Made by a program: the position numbers and the translations under genes. 64,000 nucleotides of DNA from Trueperaceae bacterium (GTDB taxonomy: Bacteria > Deinococcota > Deinococci > Deinococcales > Trueperaceae). Shown piece by piece: positions 52,092-62,705 of the stretch (position 1 is its first letter; every line of letters starts with the position of its first letter). The DNA lies in assembly GCA_034520945.1 (NCBI GenBank), contig JAXHNB010000010.1:96001-160000 (forward strand), written 5' to 3'. The notes beneath the pieces were generated by a model. It worked only from the letters and a program-made list of their open reading frames with translations. It ran no database searches and was not told the origin of the DNA.

Positions 52092-54329
52092 TCAATGGAA
52101 GTCGATCCGCTGGTTTGTGCCGGTGATGCGCCAGTAGCCGCCGACGGTGCTCGTCAGCGGGCCCGTGTGGCGGCCCGACCAACTTCCGACCTCGCCGAAC
52201 GTCATGTCCGCTGCCTGCAGCAGTACCCCGTCGGGGTCGGACCGGTCGGGCCGCTCGTCGGAGAGACTCCATGCGGTGCCCTGGGCGCGTTCGAGGACGT
52301 TGTTTCCTGGATCGCCGGGCGTGCCGAAGTCCAGCATGGCCGGTTCGTCGCGGATCTGGACGTTGTCGGCGAGGTTCGCCCGGAAGTCGCTGCCGCGCAC
52401 GCGGAGCTCACCGCCGTCCGCTGCGTAGGCCAGGCCGTTGTTCGCGTTGTCCCGTACGGTGACGCCCTCCAGGGTCAGGTCGCCGTCCGTGACGTAGAAG
52501 CCGTTGTGATTCTCGGCGTAGGTTCCGCCTTCGACCTGCACGTCCGCGCTGGTGCTCACGTAGGCGCCGGCGCCGGGATCGGGCGCGCCGCGTGAGGTGA
52601 CGTTCCGGAACGTGGCCGCGGCGGCGCCGGTCACGACGAGATTGTCCTGGCCGTTGTCGCGTACGGTGGCGCCGTCCACGATCAGGTCGCTGGGGCCGCC
52701 GGCGAAGATGCCCGCCCGGTCGGTGAACTGCGCGGGGTTGGCCTGGCCGTTCTCCGCGTATCGGCCGCCGCTCACCTCGAGTTGTCCCTCGTGGGCGCGC
52801 GCGCCCGAGAACCCGTTCTGCTCGACCGTGGCGTCGATCAGCACCACCTGGGAGTCATCACTTCCGTCCAGCAACACGCCGTGCTCGCTGCTGTCGCGAA
52901 TGGTGGCGTCCCGAACGCGAACGGCCGCATCCTCGACGAGGACGCCGGTCCCGTTGCCGACCAGTCGGCTCCCACTACGTACGGCCACGGGCGTGTCGTC
53001 GTCGGGGGCCAGCCAGGCGTGCACGCCGACGTCGTTGTTCTCGAGCGTCACGTTCGCCAGCGTGAAGCCGGCCGCCATCGCGCGAACGCCCGCGCCGTAG
53101 GCACGGACGGTGGTGGAATCGATGCGGTGCTCGCGCCCGATCATCGAGAACCCGTTGCCGCTTCCGTCGCCTACGGCCAGGCTGTCGCGCACCACCAAGG
53201 TGCCGCCGGGCACCGGGAGGAATCCGGCCGCGTCGCCGGTCGAGGCGCACGGCGCCGCCCCGTCGCAGCGGACGCGGGTGAGGTAGCCCGCGGTGTCGCC
53301 GTCCGGTAGGTGCAGCCCGCGCCCCGAGGTTTCGAGGGTGAGGTCCTGGAGGAACAGCTTCAGCGTCCCCTCGGCGTCGTTCGGTCGTTCCAAGCTGAGC
53401 ACGTCGCTTCTGCCGGCGTCCAGCACCACCCCGTCGCGGCTCTCCCCTTCCACGAACAGGGAGCGCCGCACCGTATAGTCGTACGGCTCGCTGTCGTACC
53501 GCCCGTCGAACAAAAAGACCTGCCCCACGTCCTGCGTGTCGGCCACCTCGAGGGCGCGCTCCACGGTGGCGACCGGCGCCTCGCGCGTGCCGGGGTCGCC
53601 GTCGTCCCCCTCGGGGCTCACGTAGACGGTGTTGCTGGGCGTGCCGGGATCGGCGCTCACCGTGACGCGGTCGCTGGCGGTTTCCTCGCCGTCCGACACC
53701 GTCACCTGCAGGGTGTAGGCGCCGCTGTCCTCCGGCGTGAAGGTCGGGGTGGGCGTATCGCCGCCGTTCAGGTCGGGCGCGTCGCCGGGCGCGGTGACGA
53801 AGCTCCAGGCGAAGTTGAGGTCGTCGCCGTCCGGGTCGCTCGAGCCGGTCGCGTCCAACGTCACGGACTCCCCCACGGTGACGTCCCGGTCCGTGCCCGC
53901 GTCGGCGTTCGGCGGCTGGTTCGGGTCGGAATCGTCCTGGGAGGCGGTGATCTCCGTGGTGGCCCGGTCCTCGGCGTCCCCATCGGAGACGCGCACGCGC
54001 ACCGTATAGCCCCCGGCCACGTCGGGCGTGAGTTCGGTCGTGGTGCCGCCCGCCGCGGACAGCGAGGCAGTGCTGGCCGCGGGCGCGTCCGTGAGGTCCC
54101 AGGCGAACGTCAGCCCGTCTCCGTCGGGGTCGGTGGAGCCGCTGGCGTCCAGCGTCACGGTGTCGCCGACCGTCGCGGCCTGGTCCGGGCCGAGGCGGGC
54201 CTCTGGAGGGCGATTGCCACCGTTCGATCCACCCGAGCCGCCGCATGCGGCCACGAGCACCAGGATGGAGGCTACGGCGCCGATCCATCCGGCGTGCCGC
54301 ACGCCGACGACGCCATCGCCGCGCGTCAT
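52092..54329 (-). CDS. Lipoprotein with two PKD/Ig-like repeats and a right-handed beta-helix domain
   Basis: VAAC lipobox; two N.PP.A..G.D..V..G..VTLDA.GS.DPDGD.L.FAW repeats; YVSP.GDD..PGT..AP followed by beta-helix repeats. Confidence 0.8.
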   Translation of the reverse strand: MTRGDGVVGVRHAGWIGAVASILVLVAACGGSGGSNGGNRPPEARLGPDQAATVGDTVTLDASGSTDPDGDGLTFAWDLTDAPAASTASLSAAGGTTTELTPDVAGGYTVRVRVSDGDAEDRATTEITASQDDSDPNQPPNADAGTDRDVTVGESVTLDATGSSDPDGDDLNFAWSFVTAPGDAPDLNGGDTPTPTFTPEDSGAYTLQVTVSDGEETASDRVTVSADPGTPSNTVYVSPEGDDGDPGTREAPVATVERALEVADTQDVGQVFLFDGRYDSEPYDYTVRRSLFVEGESRDGVVLDAGRSDVLSLERPNDAEGTLKLFLQDLTLETSGRGLHLPDGDTAGYLTRVRCDGAAPCASTGDAAGFLPVPGGTLVVRDSLAVGDGSGNGFSMIGREHRIDSTTVRAYGAGVRAMAAGFTLANVTLENNDVGVHAWLAPDDDTPVAVRSGSRLVGNGTGVLVEDAAVRVRDATIRDSSEHGVLLDGSDDSQVVLIDATVEQNGFSGARAHEGQLEVSGGRYAENGQANPAQFTDRAGIFAGGPSDLIVDGATVRDNGQDNLVVTGAAAATFRNVTSRGAPDPGAGAYVSTSADVQVEGGTYAENHNGFYVTDGDLTLEGVTVRDNANNGLAYAADGGELRVRGSDFRANLADNVQIRDEPAMLDFGTPGDPGNNVLERAQGTAWSLSDERPDRSDPDGVLLQAADMTFGEVGSWSGRHTGPLTSTVGGYWRITGTNQRIDFH

Positions 54330-56395
54330 TGCCCGAGCCCCTGGACCGCGGTTTCCACGGCGGCGCTGGCGCTGTCCGCCGTTTCACCTTCGGCGCGGAC
54401 ACGCAGGTCCAGGGCGTGGAAGCCGCTTCCGATCGCGACGTCGTTGCAGCTCAGCTCGAGCGTCGCCTGCCGTCCCGTGCCGAAGTCGACCGTGCCGGCG
54501 CCGAGGTCGTAGCTCCAGATCAGGTCGCTATCGTCCACGCTGGCGCTGGCCTGCGCCTCTACCTCGATGCGGTGGCACGGGTCGGTGGTGGGGAGCAGGT
54601 CGTACCTCCTGCCCTCGTTCGGCTCGCGGATCGTGACGACGGGATCGGCGTTCGGGTCGAACGGGCCGACCTCCACGGTCGTGGTGTCTTGCGCCGTCGC
54701 GCCGTGCTGGTCCTGATAGCTCAGCGTGACGGTCTTGCTGCCCTGCGCGGTGAACGAGGCGAGGATGCCGGCCCCGGAACCGCCGAGGCCGTCCTCCAGG
54801 TCCCAGACCAAGCGGTCGAGGTTCACCTGCGTTCCCTCCGGGTCTTCGCAGGTGGGATCGGTCGCGGTCCCGCGGAACGCAGCGTCGTTGCCTTCGCCGA
54901 CGCGATCGGGCGCTTCGACGATGGTCACCTCGGGCGCGGCGTTGGTGATGGTCACCGTCACCTGGGCGCTGGCGGTCGCGCCCTGCGCGTCGGTCGCCGT
55001 GGCGGTGACGGTGTGGTCGCCGGGGCATAGGTCGTTCACGGTGAACGTCGCGCCGCTGCCGCTCGGGTCGCGCCCCTCGACCCGCCACGACACGCTCGGG
55101 TCCCCTTCCGCGTCGCTGGCGTCGGCCTCGAAGGCGATGTCGGTCGCTTCGGGGAAGGTTTCGCCGTCGGACGGGTCGACGATGGCGATGTCGGGCGCGT
55201 TGTTGTCGGCGCAGGCGATCTCTTCGCGCAGCTCGGCGAAGACCTCGTCGTAGCTGGCCAGTTGCACGTCGATGACGGGCACGCTCACCTGATAGCCGTA
55301 GCTGGCGTTCAGTCCGCCGTAGACGCACCAGAGCGGGAAGCCGCGGGTCTGCGCCTCGGCGTCCAGGAAGGCGCGCCCGGTGATGGTTCCCGCCGCGCCC
55401 TGTTCGCCGTACAGCCCCACGGCGACGCGCGAACCGGCCGCGACCCGGGCCTCTGCGCTGGCTTCGAAGGTGGGCACGTCGTGGGTGAAGGAGCTGTGGG
55501 TTTCGTTGATGCCGCTCCAACCGTCCGAGCGTCGGTATCGACCCCCGACCTGCAGCGATGCGCTTTGCGCGACCCGGGTGGTCACCTCCGCCGTGAGCGT
55601 GCCGTCGAACTGCAGGAAGAAGGTCAGGTCGGCGGCGATGACGACGGGCACGGGCCCGATCAGGAACTCGATGCTGGCGATGTTGAGGGTCTTGAGTTCC
55701 TTCTCGGCCGAACGGTCGATCGTGCCCTCGGCCGAGAGCGTCAGGTCGATCTCTTCCTCGAGGGCGGCGGCCGCCTCGAAGCGCCGAACCCAGGTCTTGG
55801 GCTTCAGGGGTTGGGACTTGTCGATGCTCAGCTCGAAGATGAGCTCGGCGGCCGCGTCCACTTCGCCGTCGACACGCACCTGCGCGTCTTCGACGGAGAC
55901 GAGCACCTCGGACATGTCGAGTCCGAACGGCTTGTCGCCCTGTTGCGCGACGAATTGGGCGCCGCCCACGTGGCTCTGCGTGTTGGCGACATCGTCGGCT
56001 TCGAGCTGTCGGCGGAACTCGATGTCGGCGTGGTCGATCGCCTGCGTCAGGGTGGCCTGCTCGGTCTGGAGCACGACCTCGCCGCTTCCCTGCGCGTCGA
56101 TGTCGGTCACCGTTCGCAGGAAGCCGTCCGGCGCAGCGCCTTCGACGATCCCGGCCACCAGGACGTCCTCCTCTTGGAGCGAGGCCAGCACGTCCGTCTC
56201 GCGGGCGAAGCGCAGCGTCCCGTCGGCCTCCACGGCCGTGAGGGCGTCCGCGGTGTCGTCGTCCACGATCTTGGTGGTGTCCGGCACCACCACCTCTTGC
56301 TCGTCGGGCCCACTCCCGCCGGTGCCGCAAGCAGCCAGTAGTATCAGGGGAAGGACGGAGGTGACGATCGGCAGCCAACGTCGCGCGTGGTGCAT
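54326..56395 (-). CDS. Acidic surface lipoprotein with C-terminal PKD/Ig-like domains
   Basis: LAAC lipobox; N.AP...I..P.DG, G.HTVTATATD..G; IGPVPVV beta-rich region. Confidence 0.75.
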   Translation of the reverse strand: MHHARRWLPIVTSVLPLILLAACGTGGSGPDEQEVVVPDTTKIVDDDTADALTAVEADGTLRFARETDVLASLQEEDVLVAGIVEGAAPDGFLRTVTDIDAQGSGEVVLQTEQATLTQAIDHADIEFRRQLEADDVANTQSHVGGAQFVAQQGDKPFGLDMSEVLVSVEDAQVRVDGEVDAAAELIFELSIDKSQPLKPKTWVRRFEAAAALEEEIDLTLSAEGTIDRSAEKELKTLNIASIEFLIGPVPVVIAADLTFFLQFDGTLTAEVTTRVAQSASLQVGGRYRRSDGWSGINETHSSFTHDVPTFEASAEARVAAGSRVAVGLYGEQGAAGTITGRAFLDAEAQTRGFPLWCVYGGLNASYGYQVSVPVIDVQLASYDEVFAELREEIACADNNAPDIAIVDPSDGETFPEATDIAFEADASDAEGDPSVSWRVEGRDPSGSGATFTVNDLCPGDHTVTATATDAQGATASAQVTVTITNAAPEVTIVEAPDRVGEGNDAAFRGTATDPTCEDPEGTQVNLDRLVWDLEDGLGGSGAGILASFTAQGSKTVTLSYQDQHGATAQDTTTVEVGPFDPNADPVVTIREPNEGRRYDLLPTTDPCHRIEVEAQASASVDDSDLIWSYDLGAGTVDFGTGRQATLELSCNDVAIGSGFHALDLRVRAEGETADSASAAVETAVQGLGQ

Positions 56396-56564
56396 GGGCG
56401 CTTCCTTCCTTCTTCGGCGTTGCAGCGTTGCGTGTGCGCATGGCTTCGCCTGCCCCTCGTGCTCAGGCGAGGGACCCTCGGCGCATCGCGCACATCTACG
56501 TAGCCCGCCACCGTGTCACATGAGAACGAAACGTGTCAAACGCGACCGAGGTGCGATGACGCGG

Positions 56565-58940
56565 TCATTGCCCTGGCCGAAACGGCCCCGCCGCCAGCAC
56601 GTCCGGCACGCGGTCGGCCGGTACGGGCGGGCTCAGCAGGTAGCCCTGCGCTTCGTGCGCGCCCTCCCGCACCAGGGTCTTCCACGTCTCCAGGTCCTCG
56701 ACGCCTTCCGCCACCACGCGCAGCCCGAGCGCACGGCCGAGCACCGCGACGGTGCGCACGATGGCAAGGTCACGCGCGGCGCTCTCGGCAGATTCGGCGC
56801 GAAGTCCACGCACGAAGGCGCGGTCGATCTTCAGGGTGTCCAGCGGGAGCACGCGCAGGTGCGACAGGGTGCCGTGACCGCGGCCGAACCCGGCCAGGGC
56901 CACGCGGACGCCGGCGCGGCGGAGGTCGGCCAACCGCGCAGCGCGCGACGCGACGTCCGTCAGGGCGGCCCGTTCCAGCACCTCCAACTCCAGCGCCTCG
57001 GGGGGAAGGCGAGCCCCGTGCAGGATCTCCTCGATCTCGCGTACCAGATTCGCTCGTTCCAAATGGCGGGCGGCGATGGTGACGGCCACGCGCACGCCTG
57101 GCGCGCCACCTTCGCGCCAGCCCCGGGCTTCGCGGGCCGCCATCTCCAGGGCGCGGTCCTCGAGGGGCCGCAGAAGATGGGCGCGGTCGGCGACGTCGAG
57201 GAACGCTTCGGGCGTGAGCAGGCCCCGTTCGGGGTGCCGCCAGCGAAGCATCGCCTGAAGGAGCACGATGCGTCCCGTGGCCATGTCGACGCGCGGTTGG
57301 TAGTGCAGCTCGAACTCGTTTCGGTCCAGGGCGCGCCGGAGCGCCTCCTCGAGCGTCAACGACGCGCGCCGCGCCATCTCCATGGGAGGTGTGAACGTCC
57401 GCACGTCGCCCTTGCTCTGCGTCTTGGCCTCGTACATCGCCATGTCGGAGCGGCGCAGCAGGTCCTCCGCGCTGTGGCCGTCCTGGGGGGCACGACTGAT
57501 GCCGATGCTGGCGCCGATGTGAAGCTGGTGCGTACCGGATTGGACGGGCGCGTCGAGCGCCGCCAGGATCCCATCGGCACGTTCCTGGGCGTCGCCCGCC
57601 GTCGGGCCCGTGAGCATGACCGTGAACTCGTCGCCGCCGAGACGGGCCACCAGGCCGTCCTCGCCGATCACGCCCGTCAGGCGCTGTGCGACCGCGCGCA
57701 GCACGTCGTCGCCCGCGCGGTGCCCCAACGAGTCGTTGATCGGCTTCAGGTCGTCCAGGTCGACGAAGAGGACGGCGACGCGCGTGTCGCGAGGCGCGGA
57801 GGCGAGCGTGTCGTCCAGCGCTTCGACGAAGTGTCCGCGGTTGGCGAGGCCCGTCAGCGCGTCGTGGTAGGCGAGCTCGTGCAACTCGGCCTCCAGCGCG
57901 AAGCGCCGGAACAGCGTCGCCGCGTGCGCCCCGAAGATGCGGGCCATTTCGGTCGCTTCGCCACTGAACGCGCGGTGCGAGCTGAAGGAGTCCAACGTCA
58001 GCACCGCCGTGGGCACGCCGTCGATCACGATGGGGATCGCCAGGACGCAGCGGATCTCCTCGGTGCGGCCGACCGTTCGTAGGATCTCACCATGGACGAC
58101 GGTCGCCGGCGGCGGGGGCAACGGACCCTCGATGATGGCGGGGCGCACCTCCTTGTGCAACCTGCCGAATCCTGCGTTCTTGGGCGGGAAGCGCACCACC
58201 CGCAAGGCGTCCAGGTCGTACCCGACCGCCGCGACGAAGTCGAACATCCCATCCGCACTGCGCATCATCAAGGAGCCGGCTTCAGCACCATCGATCACGG
58301 CGACCGCACGCTCCAGCATGTGCTGGTAGAACGCCTCCGGGTCGCGGGTGGCCAGCCCCTGTTCGACGAGCTCCATCACGCTCCTGCGGAACTCCGTCAT
58401 GCGGGCCAGGTGACGTTCGCGCTCGCGGAGCGCTTCGCTCTGCAACACCAACGCGTGCACGTCGATGATGGTGCCGATGTGCCCCAGGTAGGTGCCGCCC
58501 GCGTCGAACCGGGGGCGCCCGCTGTCGTTCACCCAGCGGTGGGACCCGTCGCGGTGCAAGAGGCGGTAGTCGTACTTGAAGGCGCGTTGATCGTCGATGG
58601 CGCTCTGGTACTGCGCCCGGATCGCTTCGACGTCGTCGGGGTGCAGCACGTCGGTCCAGTCGCCGTGCAGGCTGTCGTGCCGGCTTTGGCCCGTCGACTC
58701 GTACCAGGCGCGGCTGAAGTAGGTCATGCGGCCGTCCGGCGCGGACAGCCACAGCACCGCAGGTGCGGCATCGGCGACGTCCGCGAAGTGACGTTCGCGT
58801 GCCGAAAGGTTCGTCTGGTGGCCGTCGCGGCGATCGCCGGACGGGTCGCTCCCCTCGCCTTCGTGCTCGTCGTCGAATGCCATGGCGTACCCCACCCTGT
58901 TCACATCCTCACGGTTGGACGTCTCAGCCCTACCGTTCAT
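56565..58940 (-). CDS. PAS-GAF-GGDEF-EAL(degenerate) diguanylate cyclase
   Basis: HDALTGLANR, DLDDLK.IND.LGH..GD, RLGGDEF; EAL replaced by QAM and DDFGTG by AGFGRG; TACCCT 6 nt before ATG. Confidence 0.88.
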   Translation of the reverse strand: MNGRAETSNREDVNRVGYAMAFDDEHEGEGSDPSGDRRDGHQTNLSARERHFADVADAAPAVLWLSAPDGRMTYFSRAWYESTGQSRHDSLHGDWTDVLHPDDVEAIRAQYQSAIDDQRAFKYDYRLLHRDGSHRWVNDSGRPRFDAGGTYLGHIGTIIDVHALVLQSEALRERERHLARMTEFRRSVMELVEQGLATRDPEAFYQHMLERAVAVIDGAEAGSLMMRSADGMFDFVAAVGYDLDALRVVRFPPKNAGFGRLHKEVRPAIIEGPLPPPPATVVHGEILRTVGRTEEIRCVLAIPIVIDGVPTAVLTLDSFSSHRAFSGEATEMARIFGAHAATLFRRFALEAELHELAYHDALTGLANRGHFVEALDDTLASAPRDTRVAVLFVDLDDLKPINDSLGHRAGDDVLRAVAQRLTGVIGEDGLVARLGGDEFTVMLTGPTAGDAQERADGILAALDAPVQSGTHQLHIGASIGISRAPQDGHSAEDLLRRSDMAMYEAKTQSKGDVRTFTPPMEMARRASLTLEEALRRALDRNEFELHYQPRVDMATGRIVLLQAMLRWRHPERGLLTPEAFLDVADRAHLLRPLEDRALEMAAREARGWREGGAPGVRVAVTIAARHLERANLVREIEEILHGARLPPEALELEVLERAALTDVASRAARLADLRRAGVRVALAGFGRGHGTLSHLRVLPLDTLKIDRAFVRGLRAESAESAARDLAIVRTVAVLGRALGLRVVAEGVEDLETWKTLVREGAHEAQGYLLSPPVPADRVPDVLAAGPFRPGQ

Positions 58941-58998
58941 GGTGCCAGGGTATCCATTGGCCGCAACGGGGATCTTACTTCTGGCGAGGGGGCGTGGG

Positions 58999-60054
58999 TC
59001 AGTAGCGGCGAGCTGGGTCGTACACGTTGCGGAGGGGACGGCCGTCGAGGTAGCGCGTCAGGTTGTCGCAGAACAGCTCGACCAAGCGATCGTTCTCCTT
59101 GCGCGACGTGCTGGCCGAGTGCGGAAACAGGATCACGTTGTCCAGCGTCCACAACGGATGGTTGGACGGGAGGGGCTCCTGCGGCGCGACGTCCAGGACC
59201 GCGCCTGCCAAGGGACCTTGCTTCAGCGCATGCAACAGGGCCATCTCCTCGACCACGGCGCCACGACCGATGTTGATCAGCACGCTGCCTTGCTTCATGG
59301 CGCCGAAGGCCGCGGCATCGATCATGCCTTGCGTCTCGGGCGTCAGCGGCGTCGCGACGACGACGTAGTCCGCGCCTTCCAGCATGCGGTGCAGGTCGTG
59401 CGGAGCGTACAGCGCATCGACCCCGAGCACGTGAGGATCGACCTCGTGCGCGTGCCGCTTGGTGGCTGTGACCCGAACGCCGAACGGCCGAACCAGACGG
59501 GCAATTTCCCGCCCGATGCTGCCGAGACCGACGATCGCCAGGGACGACCCTTCGAGGTCGTCGTTGTGGAACCGTTCCCAGACCCGCGCCTCGCGTTGCC
59601 GGCGTGCGCGGGGGTAGTTCTTTGCGAACGCCAGCATCCCGAACAGGACGAACTCGGCCAGGGGCCGTGCGTGCACGCCGGCGGCGGTCGTGAGCGTGGC
59701 GCCCAAACCGTCCAGGCGGTAGCGCTGGACCAGCCCTCCGATGCCGGCACTGCTTAGCTGAATCCAACGAACCGCCTGCGCAGCGCGCATGAACCCTTCG
59801 ACGTCATGATAGTCCACGTCGAACGCGACCTCGGCCGTCGCCAGCATTTCGCGCCAGCAGCGTTGCGCGTCGTCGTCCCGCTGCGGTGGATCGCCGATAT
59901 GGTCGGCCTCGTACCGGGGCGTGGGTAGCAGCTCCGGGTGATGGTGCACCTGCAACCGTGGGGACACCCGCCGGATGCGCTCTACGTGCGATGCGTGCAA
60001 GGGGCTGACGATCGCCACGTCGACACCGTCGCCGGCTGGTCGTTCTCGGCTCAT
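58999..60054 (-). CDS. D-isomer-specific 2-hydroxyacid dehydrogenase
   Basis: IVGLGSIGR, PLTPET, INIGRG, LDV..EPLP, PH. Confidence 0.9.
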   Translation of the reverse strand: MSRERPAGDGVDVAIVSPLHASHVERIRRVSPRLQVHHHPELLPTPRYEADHIGDPPQRDDDAQRCWREMLATAEVAFDVDYHDVEGFMRAAQAVRWIQLSSAGIGGLVQRYRLDGLGATLTTAAGVHARPLAEFVLFGMLAFAKNYPRARRQREARVWERFHNDDLEGSSLAIVGLGSIGREIARLVRPFGVRVTATKRHAHEVDPHVLGVDALYAPHDLHRMLEGADYVVVATPLTPETQGMIDAAAFGAMKQGSVLINIGRGAVVEEMALLHALKQGPLAGAVLDVAPQEPLPSNHPLWTLDNVILFPHSASTSRKENDRLVELFCDNLTRYLDGRPLRNVYDPARRY

Positions 60055-60178
60055 GGAGCCGGCCTCCTCTCGTTCCCGGGCGGAACCGTGGCGGGCCGAC
60101 GCTGGTCAAGGACGACCGTTCCTCCCGTCGCTCGTTGCTTCTTCCCTGCCGTGCGTCGAGGTTGCGCGGTCGATTGGC

Positions 60179-61102
60179 TCACACCGCGCGAACGCCGGCG
60201 TCCAGCGACAGGCCGACGCGCTGTACGGTGCGTTCCAACTCAGCGACGGTGCGCGCGTCGAGCGTCGCGCCGGGCGCACGCACGTGCGCGGAGGCGAACA
60301 CGCCCCGCTTCTGGTAGACGTGCTTACGGAACGCCAGGCCAATGCGGGGCTGAAACTCGTAGCGGATCAAACCCACGTAGCGGTAGAACGTTCGCGTCGC
60401 CCCCTCGTGATCGCCGGCGTCGAACTGCTCGAAGATGCGCACCAGCACTTCGGGAAACGCGAACCCCGTCATGATGCCGACCGCGCCGCGCTCCAGCTCT
60501 TCCAGGAAGTACTGGCCGCCCAGCCCCCCGAACACACCGATGGTCCCTTCGGACGCGTCGAGCACGTCGCTGAGTTTTTGGAGTACGGGGGGATCCTCGA
60601 GCTTGATGTAGGGCGCGAACCCATCACGCGCCAAGCGGCCGATGAGGTGCGGCGACAGCGTGATTCCGAACGAGGCAGGGTAGTCGTGCAGGATCAGCGG
60701 GATGCCTACCGCTTCGGCGACGCGGCGGTAGTGCGCGTACAACGAGGCGTCGCTCTGCGGGGCGATCGGCGCCACGAACACGGCGGCTGCGCCCCGCGCT
60801 TCCGCCTCCTGCGCTTGCTCGATCGCGCCGGCGGTCCCGAAGGCCCGCACGCCGACCCACACCGGGAAGCGGCCGTCTGCGCGCTCGACGACCGTGTCGA
60901 CGACCTGACGGCGCTCTTCGCCCGTGAGCTTGTGCGCTTCGCCCAGAAACCCGAGGATGGCGACGCCGTGGGCGCCGGCCTCGATCTGAAAGTCGATCAG
61001 GCGGCGAAGGCTGGCAAGGTCGAGGGTGCCGTCGTCCTTGAAGGGGGTGGGAAGGATCGGGTTGACGCCCCGCAACGCCGGTTTTTCATGGGCGCCCCTC
61101 AC
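60179..61102 (-). CDS. DapA-like aldolase/dehydratase family protein
   Basis: GV.PILPTPF, LGFLGEA.KL..EER, HDYP, IKLEDPP. Confidence 0.85.
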   Translation of the reverse strand: MRGAHEKPALRGVNPILPTPFKDDGTLDLASLRRLIDFQIEAGAHGVAILGFLGEAHKLTGEERRQVVDTVVERADGRFPVWVGVRAFGTAGAIEQAQEAEARGAAAVFVAPIAPQSDASLYAHYRRVAEAVGIPLILHDYPASFGITLSPHLIGRLARDGFAPYIKLEDPPVLQKLSDVLDASEGTIGVFGGLGGQYFLEELERGAVGIMTGFAFPEVLVRIFEQFDAGDHEGATRTFYRYVGLIRYEFQPRIGLAFRKHVYQKRGVFASAHVRAPGATLDARTVAELERTVQRVGLSLDAGVRAV

Positions 61103-61149
61103 GAGTGGCGCTTTTCGGTGTGCGCGAAGCGTTCATGCCGTCGGTGGCC

Positions 61150-61180
61150 ATCATACTGCGTAGCGAAACGTTGTTTCATT
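61150..61180 (-). promoter_or_regulatory. Promoter with IclR/KdgR-like operator
   Basis: AATGAAACAACGTTTCG (GAAAC-N3-GTTTC) upstream of a TATGAT -10, ahead of the DapA-like gene. Confidence 0.55.
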
Positions 61181-61267
61181 CTCATCGCTCGGCCAGTATG
61201 ACACGGGGGACATGGTCGGGTCGCGGGCGGAAGGAGACCTGCGCGGCGACCACGGCCGCCGCGCGGA

Positions 61268-61637
61268 CTACGGGGTGCGGGCTCGCTCGGATGTTCCGAT
61301 GCCGTACGCCCGCCACAGCGGCGGAACGACCCCTCGCATGCGCTCCTGCCCTGCGGGGCAGGTGCAGGAGGTCGCCCGCCGTCAACCGGTGGATTTCGCC
61401 TTCAGCGGTGAGGGCAAGTACGCCCCCGACGACCAAGAACGTCGCCTCCTCCCGGGTGTGGTGGTGCGGTACGGGCGGACCCGACGCGCCGGGCGCCACC
61501 TCGAAGGTGCAGATGGACACCGGCGCGCCGTGGTGCGCCTCGAGGTGGAGGCGAATGCGAACCCTGCCGGAGACGAGGACCCTCGCGCGGTCGGCGTGAA
61601 CCACCACGGGCCGGGGCGTGCTGGATGCGTCGCTCAT
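61268..61637 (-). pseudogene. Cupin-domain gene, probably disrupted
   Basis: Cupin motif 1 PHHH..EE.F.V..G and the start of motif 2 GDLLHLP, then loss of homology; a +1 frame gives a short ..LWRAYGI tail. Confidence 0.45.
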
Positions 61638-61712
61638 GCCTCGAGCGTACGGGGGGTGCGCCGTGATGGCCATGAGGCGACGCGCCACCGTATTGGCATG
61701 ACGCGTCACGCC

Positions 61713-62705
61713 TCAGGTGGGGGCACGCCTGCGCGCTCGTGATGGCGGCGCGCCCGTCCAGCGCGTGTACGCCCGCGTGAAACTGGGCGGGTCGGCGTAG
61801 CCCAGCAGGTAGGCGATCTCGCCCACGGCGAGACGCGCCTCGGCGACGTGGTGGATGCCCCGCTCGCGCCGCACGTCCTCGGTGAGCGATCGAAACGCCC
61901 ATCCGCGCCGGTGCAGCCGCCGCTGCAGCGTGCGCGTACCCATAGCGAGCCGTGCGGCGACGTCGGCCAGGCGCGGCGTGCCCCCCGGCAGGTGCGTGGC
62001 GATCTCGGCGCGCACCACGTCCACGAAATCACGGTCCATGCCGGACCGAAGCCGTGCCACCTCGCGCCGCAACAGGGGCTGAAGGCCGCGGTAGCGACCG
62101 GGCAGGGGTTGGTCCAGCACGTCCCCGGCGTACGCCAGCCGGTTGCGTGGCGCGTCGAAGTGCACGTCGCACCCGAGCGCGTTCACGTAGCGGGCGGGTG
62201 CATCGAACGGCGGTCCCGCGAGCTCGGCTCGGATCGGCCGAGCGCCGTAGCGTCCGGTCATGCGCGCCAAGCCGGTCAACGCGTAGTCCCGTACCTGCTC
62301 TGGAATCGAGCCCCCGTAGCACAGGGCGCCCGCGTCGAGGTCGTAGACGAGGGTGGTGTGCCCACCGCTGACGACCGGGAAGGCGTGCGCGATGGCGGCG
62401 AGCCCCGCCCGCACCGTGTCGGCACTCGCGAACACGTACTCGAGGAGCCCTTGTGCGCCCTCCGGCAGGGCCTCGCCGGCGTGGAGGCCGAGGCCCGGCT
62501 TCGCCCACTGGACCTGCGCGGCCGGCCAGATGCGGGCCGTGGCGCTCAGCGGTATCCGCGCGTCCGGGTCGGCGAGGGCCGCCGCGTCGATGCCGGCCTC
62601 GCGGCGAATGCGGTCGTCGTCCAGACCCAGCGCCGTGAACGCCGATAGGCACGCGCGCAGGGCCAAGCACCACAGGGTCCCGGTCGGTGAACCTGCTCCC
62701 GCGAT
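61713..62705 (-). CDS. AraC family regulator (start uncertain)
   Basis: DPDARIP N-domain; VAARLAMGTRTLQRRL, EIAYLLGYAD..SF.RA..RWTG.PP. Confidence 0.82.
   Translation of the reverse strand: MAGAGSPTGTLWCLALRACLSAFTALGLDDDRIRREAGIDAAALADPDARIPLSATARIWPAAQVQWAKPGLGLHAGEALPEGAQGLLEYVFASADTVRAGLAAIAHAFPVVSGGHTTLVYDLDAGALCYGGSIPEQVRDYALTGLARMTGRYGARPIRAELAGPPFDAPARYVNALGCDVHFDAPRNRLAYAGDVLDQPLPGRYRGLQPLLRREVARLRSGMDRDFVDVVRAEIATHLPGGTPRLADVAARLAMGTRTLQRRLHRRGWAFRSLTEDVRRERGIHHVAEARLAVGEIAYLLGYADPPSFTRAYTRWTGAPPSRARRRAPT

Noticed and set aside
56512..56538. CGTGTCA direct repeat (20-bp period) upstream of the lipoprotein operon
   Set aside because: Only two 7-bp units and no cognate regulator; insufficient support.
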